A DNA stretch of 64,000 bases. Origin: an uncultured Streptococcus sp. (GTDB taxonomy: Bacteria; Bacillota; Bacilli; Lactobacillales; Streptococcaceae). Where the stretch lies: the NCBI GenBank assembly GCA_963521495.1, contig CAUQVK010000001.1, positions 34,221 to 98,220 on the forward strand. The letters run 5' to 3'. The position numbers and the translations under genes are program-made. Shown piece by piece: positions 33,787 through 45,200 of this stretch (the stretch's first letter is position 1; each line of letters begins with the position of its first letter). The notes beneath the pieces were generated by a model, which ran no database searches, was not told the origin of the DNA, and saw only the letters and a list, made by a program, of their open reading frames with translations.

Positions 33787-34206
33787 TTATAGTCTTTTTC
33801 CGACATTAATACGGTTAATGGCACGTTGCAGTGCAATCTTCGCACGACGTTCTTGATCAATCAAGTTTTTGTCTTGTGCTTCTTCAATTTCACGCTCTGC
33901 TCGAAGCTTGGCACGTTCTGCACGACTGATATCGATATCACGAGCACGTTCTGCAGAATCCGCAACGATTGTGATGGTATTATTGGCAATTTCAATAACG
34001 CCTCCGTTTACTGCAATCCAGTTCACGTGATCTTCATCATCAATACGTTTTACCTTTACTTCATCAACTGCTAAAACCGCAATCATATTTTCATGTCGTG
34101 GCAAGATCCCCATCTCACCATCCAGAGTTCGAACCGATACAAAGCTGGCATGGTGATCATAGACGAGGCCATCTGGTGTCACGATCTGGACAGTTAACTG
34201 AGCCAT
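33787..34206 (-). CDS. atpC: ATP synthase F1 epsilon
   Basis: [17 protein letters not shown]; operon position. Confidence 0.97.
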   Translation of the reverse strand: MAQLTVQIVTPDGLVYDHHASFVSVRTLDGEMGILPRHENMIAVLAVDEVKVKRIDDEDHVNWIAVNGGVIEIANNTITIVADSAERARDIDISRAERAKLRAEREIEEAQDKNLIDQERRAKIALQRAINRINVGKRL

Positions 34207-34216
34207 AGATCACCTC

Positions 34217-35632
<1,416 letters not shown>

Positions 35633-35708
35633 CTATTCTATATAAGATACTGTCGGTTCCTAGCTCAACTAGGTCCTAAGTTCATTTTCATACGAGCTGG
35701 ACTAGAGC

Positions 35709-36587
35709 CTATTCTAAGGCACTAGCTCCTGCTACGATTTCTGTAATTTCTTGTGTAATCGCCGCCTGTCTGGCACGGTTATACTGGATTGTCAAATCAT
35801 TGATAACTTTTTTAGCGTTATCAGTCGCTGTTTGCATGGCTGTCATACCAGCAGCATTTTCAGCTGTCTTGGCATCGATAATAGCCCCGTAAATCATACT
35901 TTCTGCAAACTGTGGTAACAACTGGTCCAAAATTTCTTCTCGACTAGTTTCTAATTCAAAAGTTAAGCTATACTCTTCATCTGCTTCATTAGGATCCAAA
36001 TCCACAATTGGTAACATCTGTTCCACACGCATTTGACTGGTTAGCGTATTGACATGGTGGTTGTAACAAACATAGAGTTCATCAAAGAGTTCATTTTGGT
36101 ACATTTCAACAGTTTTTGAAATAATCTTACGAACCTCATCAAAGCTTGGTTGGTCTGCCAAGCCACGTAGTTCATAAAGTGGTTGAATACCGCGAGCTTT
36201 AAAGAAATCAGCTCCCATCCCACCGATACAGATCATTTCAAAACCTTTACCGTCTGGATGATATTCTTCCTTCAACTCCATAACTGCTTTCAGAATAGAG
36301 GAATTATAACCTCCAACCAAACCTCGGTCTGAAGTAATGACGATATAGCCTGTCTTCTTCACAGGACGGCTAATCAACATCGGATTGGTTGAACTACCAG
36401 CTCCATTACCATGTAGGATATCTGTCAAGAGTTTGCGAACTTTCTGAGCATAAACTTGGAAATTACGAGCAGCTTCTTCAGAACGACCTAGCTTGGCAGC
36501 CGAAACCATTTGCATGGCATTAGTGATTTGACTCGTATTTTTTGTTGAGGCGATTTTTGTTTTAATATCATTTAGAGATACTGCCAT
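35709..36587 (-). CDS. atpG: ATP synthase F1 gamma
   Basis: [28 protein letters not shown]. Confidence 0.99.
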   Translation of the reverse strand: MAVSLNDIKTKIASTKNTSQITNAMQMVSAAKLGRSEEAARNFQVYAQKVRKLLTDILHGNGAGSSTNPMLISRPVKKTGYIVITSDRGLVGGYNSSILKAVMELKEEYHPDGKGFEMICIGGMGADFFKARGIQPLYELRGLADQPSFDEVRKIISKTVEMYQNELFDELYVCYNHHVNTLTSQMRVEQMLPIVDLDPNEADEEYSLTFELETSREEILDQLLPQFAESMIYGAIIDAKTAENAAGMTAMQTATDNAKKVINDLTIQYNRARQAAITQEITEIVAGASALE

Positions 36588-36602
36588 CTGACACCTCTAT
36601 TC

Positions 36603-38658
<2,056 letters not shown>

Positions 38659-38659
<1 letters not shown>

Positions 38660-39153
38660 TAAGCTTCTCCTAGCTGATCGATATACTGATCAATGAGTTC
38701 TTTATGGGCATGACCGTCAAGGTTTTGTGAGATGATTTTACCAGCCAAGCTGATTGTCAAATCTGCTACCTCACCCTTAACGCTTTGTAAAGCTTCAGCT
38801 TTGTTTTGAGCAATTTCTTGGTTTGCTTTTTCTTTTAAGCGTCCTGCTTCTAGTTTAGCATCTGCTAAAATACTAGCCTTACTTTTCTCAGCTGTTTCTT
38901 TCGCATTCTCAATGATTGTCTTAGCTTCTTTACGGCTACCAGCCAATTCATCTTCGCGTTTTTGAGCCAATACTTCCGCTTTTTGACGTGCTTCTTCAGC
39001 TCTGTCAATATCTGAAGCAATTTTTTCTGCTCGTTCTTCGAAGACACTTGTCAAATTTGACCATGCAAATTTTTTAACCAAGACTAGCAAAAGGATAAAA
39101 GAGCCAGCGATTAAAATAAAGTTACCAATTAATTCACCTACTGTTACGTGCAT
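38659..39153 (-). CDS. atpF: ATP synthase F0 subunit b
   Basis: N-terminal TM plus coiled coil; operon position. Confidence 0.96.
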
Positions 39154-39166
39154 CAGTTACTCCTTT

Positions 39167-39880
39167 CTACTCTTCATCATTAATTTTATTTCCAAGATAC
39201 ATAGAAGACAACACCGTGAATACATAAGCCTGTACACAGGAAATAAACACGGAAAAGGCAGTCCAAACTAAGTTTGTCCCAAAGGCCATTGGATACCAAA
39301 AAATAGCCTGATGTGAAAGTAAGATAAGCAAGCCTGTCATTACTTCACCTGCAAAGATATTACCAAACACACGCAAAGCAAGTGAAAGGAAATTCGTGAC
39401 TTCTTCAAGTAGATTCATCGGTGTCATAAAACCAGGAGTTACAAAAGCTTTTAGATACTTTTTAACACCACGTCGACGAATCCCTTCAATATGGGTCATC
39501 AGGATAATACCAAATGACAAGGCCAAGTCAAACTGAAGATTAGCTGTTGGCGATGTCCAAAGGTTTGTTCCATCTGTAGTTTGTAGCTTAGCCATCAAAC
39601 CAAGATTATTAGCGATTACCATAAAAAGAAATAAGCATAGGTAAAAGAGTGAGTAATCTTTCATGTAGTGAGAACCAATGTTAGGTTCTGTAAAACCTAC
39701 TACAAAGTCATGGAGATACTCGAGTACATTTTGCTTACCTGTTGGTTTCAAAGTCATATTACGACTAGCCCAATAGATAAAGCTAAAGATAAGTGCCACA
39801 GACAGCAAGGTTAAAGCTGTCAAGGTTAAATCAAAGGTAACAGGACCAATATTGATGGTTGGATTAATACTTTCTTCCAT
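39167..39880 (-). CDS. atpB: ATP synthase F0 subunit a
   Basis: [25 protein letters not shown]. Confidence 0.97.
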   Translation of the reverse strand: MEESINPTINIGPVTFDLTLTALTLLSVALIFSFIYWASRNMTLKPTGKQNVLEYLHDFVVGFTEPNIGSHYMKDYSLFYLCLFLFMVIANNLGLMAKLQTTDGTNLWTSPTANLQFDLALSFGIILMTHIEGIRRRGVKKYLKAFVTPGFMTPMNLLEEVTNFLSLALRVFGNIFAGEVMTGLLILLSHQAIFWYPMAFGTNLVWTAFSVFISCVQAYVFTVLSSMYLGNKINDEE

Positions 39881-39913
39881 CTAAAATCCTCCCTTTTTCA
39901 ATTTATGCTTCTT

Positions 39914-40114
39914 TTATTTGATGATAAATGAAAAGACAAGAGTAACGAAGAAAGTTCCTTCGATAAAGGCAATACCCATAATCATCAAGCTACGTAGTTC
40001 AGAAATAATATCTGGTTGGCGAGCTGCAGATTTTAGCAAACCGTTCATCAAAAATCCTTCCGCAAGGGATACACCCATACAGGCAAGACATAGACCGAAA
40101 AATGTTAAATTCAT
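39914..40114 (-). CDS. atpE: ATP synthase F0 subunit c
   Basis: 66-aa hairpin, ARQP loop, proton-carrying E52. Confidence 0.97.
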   Translation of the reverse strand: MNLTFFGLCLACMGVSLAEGFLMNGLLKSAARQPDIISELRSLMIMGIAFIEGTFFVTLVFSFIIK

Positions 40115-40149
40115 GACGAATTCTCCTTTTAAATAAAATTTACTTAATT

Positions 40150-40178
40150 AGTTTAGTCCTAAAATTGCGATTTGTCAA
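40150..40178 (-). promoter_or_regulatory. atp operon promoter
   Basis: TTGACA-N17-TAAACT. Confidence 0.7.
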
Positions 40179-40315
40179 CTTTTTACTAGCTTTGTAAGCG
40201 TTTAATGAAAATAATTTACAGTTTTACTGTTTTTGAACTCATTATCATTATATAGTAGATTTTATAAATTTTTTCGATAATTTCATTTCAATTCTTTCAC
40301 TTTCTGAAAAAATAA

Positions 40316-40477
40316 AAGAGTCTGGGACAAAAGTCTAACCTTAAATATAAAAAGCGAACAAAACGAGTTATCTGACACTCAGAATTCTGTCTTGTTCGCT
40401 TTTTTGTCTAATCTATCGATTTTAGAAATTTATAATAAAGAATTCCTAAAATCAAAATCTTTTTGTCCCAGTCTCTT
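40316..40477. repeat. 162-bp nested-palindrome element (MITE/REP-like)
   Basis: Terminal IR aagagtctgggacaaaa / ttttgtcccagtctctt (1 mismatch) enclosing two further inverted repeats. Confidence 0.7.
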
Positions 40478-40532
40478 CATTTATTAGATGATTTCAAATA
40501 ATAAACTTATTAGGAAATGTTCCTATGGCCTC

Positions 40533-41819
40533 TTAAGCACGAACTGTGACACTACTACCATCTTCTTTATAGAGATTGATAAGTCCTTCTTTCAATGCAC
40601 GAACCATGTCTCCTGCTTGAACAGGTTGAGGAACCTTAATAGTCAATAGTTCCATTGGATTTGGAGCGCGGTCGATCTTATTTCCTTTAGCATCGTGCAA
40701 ATCTTCAATATAAGTTTCAAAGTGACGGAAACCTGGGCCATAAAACTCAACCTGATCGCCTTCATTAATGACATTTCGTTGGCGAATAGTCGCTGTTTGT
40801 GTCGCTTCATCATAAGAAACTACTTCAGCAATAAACTTGTACTCAGGAATTTTACGACGAGCACCAAACAACTGCTCATTTTCAGATGGTGTACCGTAGT
40901 AGAAACCTGTTGCCAATTCACGTTGGGCAACCTTCCACATCTCATCAATCAAGTCTTGCTTAATAGCTTCAAATTTTTCTGGACTTTCTAGATAAGCATC
41001 AACAGCTGCCTTGTAGCAGTTGGTTACAGTTGAAACATAGTGAATAGACTTCATACGTCCTTCAATTTTTAGACTGTCCACTCCATTTTCAATCATATCT
41101 GGAATATGGTCAATCATGGACATATCAACGGCTGACATTGAAAATTCTTCCGGAATTTCACCTTTAAGACTCTTACGTTCCTTCCCAAATGGCATATCGT
41201 AAAGGTCGTATTTCCAACGGCATGACTGAGAACATCCACCACGGTTGGCATCCCGCATACTCATGTGGTTTGAAAGAGTACAACGACCAGAGTAAGAAAT
41301 ACACATAGCTCCGTGGACAAAGGCTTCAATCTCAACATCTGTACGTTTGCGAATTTCAGCTAATTCTTCCATCGAAACTTCACGCGCCAAAACCACACGA
41401 GTCAAGCCCAGTTCCTTCCAGAATTCTAGCGTTTCATAATTGGTCGCGCTAGCTTGGGTAGAGAGGTGGATTTCAAGACCTGGTGCTTCAGTCGCTGCAA
41501 TCATAATCAAGGCTGGGTCAGATACGATAACTGCTGCAATCCCGATATCACGCAGTTTACGGAACCACTCACCAGCACCAGCTTCATTTCCTTCGTGCAT
41601 AACCATATTGGCAGCTACATAGACTTTGGCACCGTACTTAGCCGCAAACTGAACACCTTCTTCCATCTGTTCAAAGGTAAAGTTTCCGGCACGGCTACGA
41701 AGACCATAGGCCTGACCACCGATAAAGACAGCATCTGCTCCATACTGAACAGCTACCTTTAGCTTCTCTAAAGTCCCTGCAGGTGATAAAACCTCAGGAC
41801 GTTTTAATGTTTTTGTCAT
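40533..41819 (-). CDS. U32-family protein (TrhP/YrrO-like tRNA hydroxylation protein)
   Basis: PEVLSPAG, IHLSTQAS, HGAMCISYSGRC, NRGGCSQSCR, LKIEGRMKS; ATG 41819 after an AGGAG RBS. Confidence 0.92.
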   Translation of the reverse strand: MTKTLKRPEVLSPAGTLEKLKVAVQYGADAVFIGGQAYGLRSRAGNFTFEQMEEGVQFAAKYGAKVYVAANMVMHEGNEAGAGEWFRKLRDIGIAAVIVSDPALIMIAATEAPGLEIHLSTQASATNYETLEFWKELGLTRVVLAREVSMEELAEIRKRTDVEIEAFVHGAMCISYSGRCTLSNHMSMRDANRGGCSQSCRWKYDLYDMPFGKERKSLKGEIPEEFSMSAVDMSMIDHIPDMIENGVDSLKIEGRMKSIHYVSTVTNCYKAAVDAYLESPEKFEAIKQDLIDEMWKVAQRELATGFYYGTPSENEQLFGARRKIPEYKFIAEVVSYDEATQTATIRQRNVINEGDQVEFYGPGFRHFETYIEDLHDAKGNKIDRAPNPMELLTIKVPQPVQAGDMVRALKEGLINLYKEDGSSVTVRA

Positions 41820-42000
41820 GTTTTCTCCTATTTGCAATATAAAAGTTTGACGTTTTTCCTTCTCATTTTATAGTAAATAAGGGATAAAATCAAGCCTAGA
41901 CAGATTGTTTTGACAATTCTAATATTTTAGACTTTAGATAACAGAGTTCTAAAAGCTTTGACTTATAACAAGCTTCTCACACCATCATCTCGTGAAAAAT

Positions 42001-42060
42001 TTATACTCAATAAAAATCAAAGAGCAAACAAGGTAGCTAGGCGTACAGCAAGGAGAAGCT
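42001..42060 (+). repeat. Truncated/degenerate BOX element (boxA start fused to a boxC fragment)
   Basis: ttatactcaataaaaatcaaagagcaaac-aggtagctag...gtacagcaaggagaagct resembles the reverse complement of the BOX at 50611-50719. Confidence 0.75.
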
Positions 42061-42262
42061 AAAAATATCCTCCGATACACTACTTTCATCTAGCATATCG
42101 GAGGATTAGCTCTTATAACAATTTTCCTATTATGGAACACCTACAATCTGGCAACCATAATTAACTATCTTAAACCATTAAAAGCAAGTAAGCATCTGAG
42201 GGATTTGCACCTTCTATACTCTATTCTCGCTTTTGATAAACTAAGAGCGAAAAATTTAGCTT

Positions 42263-45200
42263 CTAGTCTTCTTTTCTTTTGGCTACATAAAGAGTAAGCA
42301 AGATTCCACTTCCTAAAAGAATTGAAATGACATCTGTTTGGCTTCCAGTATTCGGTAACATTCCAGAAGTTCCATAATCTGGGATTTGAGTATTTGTTTC
42401 AGATGTTACTGAAACTGCGTTTGGAATCTCTACAGTGTCAGAGGTATGTGAATCAAGTACAGTTTGATTATTTGTACTTGGGATGCCGGGTTCTGGTTTG
42501 TCCGTTCCTGGCTTCCCTGTATTTGGAGTACCTGCTCCTGGAGTGTCTGGTGTGCCGGTTTCTGGCGTTCCCGTATTTGGAGTACCTGAACCCGGAGTGT
42601 TTGGTTTTCCGGTTTCTGGTTTCGGATCCGGTTTTGATTCCGGCTTAACCGGTTTGTCTGATGGTGGTGTAATTCTTCCTGATTCTGGTTTCGGTTGTTC
42701 CGATGGTGTTGTTCCAGGTGTTCCTGGTTGGACAGGAGTTGGATTCACAGTACAATTACATGTTCCATCCTTACCATCACGTCCGTCACGGCCATCTACT
42801 CCGTTATAGATGTCTTCTTCACTAATCAAAGTATCTCCAGCAGTATAGGTCAAAGTATTATCATTATCGTAATAAACTGTAATATGAACGCCAATTGGCT
42901 TCGTTGCTGGTTGAGTAGTTGCACGATCTTCATCCACACTTCTTGCTCTTCTAGCGCTTCGAGGTTGTTCAGGATAAATTGGTTTTAGTTCAATTCTTGG
43001 AGAACGTCCATCTTTTCCGTCTCTGCCGTTTTGTCCTGGTAAACCGTGAGCTCCATCTTGCCCACGTTCACCTTGAATACCTTGGTCACCCTTGTCACCT
43101 TTCGGTCCAACCGCTCCGTCTTGTCCATCTTTAATCACGGATGTGCCTAGAACTGTATCTGTTCCTTCGTCAAACTGATTATTGGCATTCTTGTCACTAT
43201 AGAACGTTAATGTCGTTTCTTTCTTAGTTTCATCACGGTCTACTTTAACTTTTGGAGTCTCACCATCTTTACCATTCTTGATAATTGTTTCAACAGGTTT
43301 ACCACCCGGTTGTGAAATCGTAATCGTATGAGTTCCATCATTGTTTTCCTTCACTGTAACTGTCGGAGTCGGTGGCGTTAAGTCTACAACATCTATCGTA
43401 ATATCTTTTGTTAGAGACTTGCCTCCTGTACTTGTTACAGTTACTGGTATATCAAATGCTCCAGCTACTGTCGGTGTTCCTGAAATAGTCTTAGCAGATT
43501 CATCGTATGTTACACCATCTGGAAGTTTGGTCTTATCAACCGTTAATGTAGCACCTGCTGGTACTGAAAACGTAATTGGACGAAGACCAGTTTTTCCTAG
43601 CGCAATCATTTGACGATCATTTTTAATGTCTAATGATATTGGATCATCTACTACCGTTACAGTGATAATCTCTTCTGCACTACCTTTACCTAATGTTTCA
43701 GAATCCAATGTTGCTTTTAAACGAACTTTATAGACACCAGGTTTTGTTGGAGTTCCGCTAATTGTATGCGTTGCAGCATTATAATTTAAACCTGCAGTTG
43801 ATTCAAGATAAGAATCTAAGTCTGTTTCCGGTAAATCCACACTTAAATAACGAGCACCTAAATCTGAATGTTCACTGTGCGAAACAACCATATTTTTAAT
43901 AGTTTCACCCAGACGAATCGTTTGTTCTTTTTCTGTAACATTAATACTTACCAGAAGTGGGCGAACATTAATTTTAATATGCCCTCCATCAACTGGAGAT
44001 GCTGCCATTTCTGGAAAAGTCGCTTTATATGGAATTAAATATTCTCCCACTTTAGACGGTGTGCCAGAAATAGTCCTTGTAGCTGAATCATAAGTAACTC
44101 CTGGTGGAAGTTGACTTGTATCAACCTCTAATCTAGCTTTAGCATCTGAAGGAGTTAAAACTACATCGCCAATAGCAGTTAGAACTGTCTTCTCTTGTTC
44201 CTTATTTTCGACCGCTACAGTTAAATCTCGTGGTGTTACATTAATCGTTAACGTTGCACTTGCTGTTGAATTACCACTAATTGTCGGACTTGTTGCTGTG
44301 AAAGTTGCTGTATACGTTCCTACTTTTGTAGGAGTTCCTGAAACAGTTTTCGTCGCAGCATCATAGTTTACACCTGGAGGAAGTTCTCCAGAAGTGATTG
44401 TTAGCAAGGCTCCATCAGCTTGTAACTTAATAGGAGGAAGTTCATCTAAAGCTTTTACTGTTTTTGTATTATCAGGAATAGAAAAGTTTAGAGAAACACT
44501 TTTTACTGTGATATTGACATACGCATAGGCGGATTGATTCGTACCAGCGGCGGTCGTTCGATTAACATACCCATAAACTCGGAACGATCCGACTTGAGTT
44601 GGAGTACCTGTGATTGTTTTTCTGTCCGCAGACCAGCTTAAACCTCTCGGTAAAGTACCTCCATCTGAACCTACTGTCGCATTTTTAGGAATTTTAAGAG
44701 TAATCTGTGGTATCGCTTCACCTGCAGTATAAGTGTAACTAGCTTCTGGAACACTGAAGTTTCCTGGCGTTACTGTCAAATCAACTACTTTAGTAATGGA
44801 AGCTCCATCTTTTGTAGCAGTAACCGGAATCACATAATGTCCTTCATATAATCCAATACCTGATAATGTTTTGCTATTGCTATCATACAAAACACCATCT
44901 GGCAGTGTTCCTACTGTGACTGTAGCCCCTTCAGTTGCTGTTACAAGCATATCCGCAAATTTAGTTCCTTCTGAAACTGTTTGCTTATCATGCGTTACAG
45001 ATAAAGTTAAATCAGAGACTGGTCGAGGGGTAACTCTATAGGTAAAGCTAGTCTTAATCTGACGACTTTGACCTTCATTATTGGTATAAGTAGCAGTTAC
45101 AATCGCTGTTTGTGGCGTATCTGTCCGTTTTAAAGCATAACCTGTTAGACCTGTATTGTCAGCATTAGGACTTAGGTAGAGGTGTTCTCCATCAGACTCA

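Noticed and set aside
41895..42000. Possible gene remnant or short imperfect tandem repeat upstream of the U32 gene
   Set aside because: Frames are short and stop-interrupted, and I recognise no homology.
42198..42214. GAAGGTGCAAATCCCTC (minus strand) resembling a tRNA T-arm or att remnant
   Set aside because: No acceptor, D or anticodon arms, an imperfect stem, and no partner repeat near guaA.
42394..42988. Plus-strand ORFs with repetitive G/V/P content; repeats superficially array-like
   Set aside because: Antisense of the adhesin's Pro-rich stalk. The repeats are coding, not CRISPR: no constant repeat-spacer period and no cas genes.
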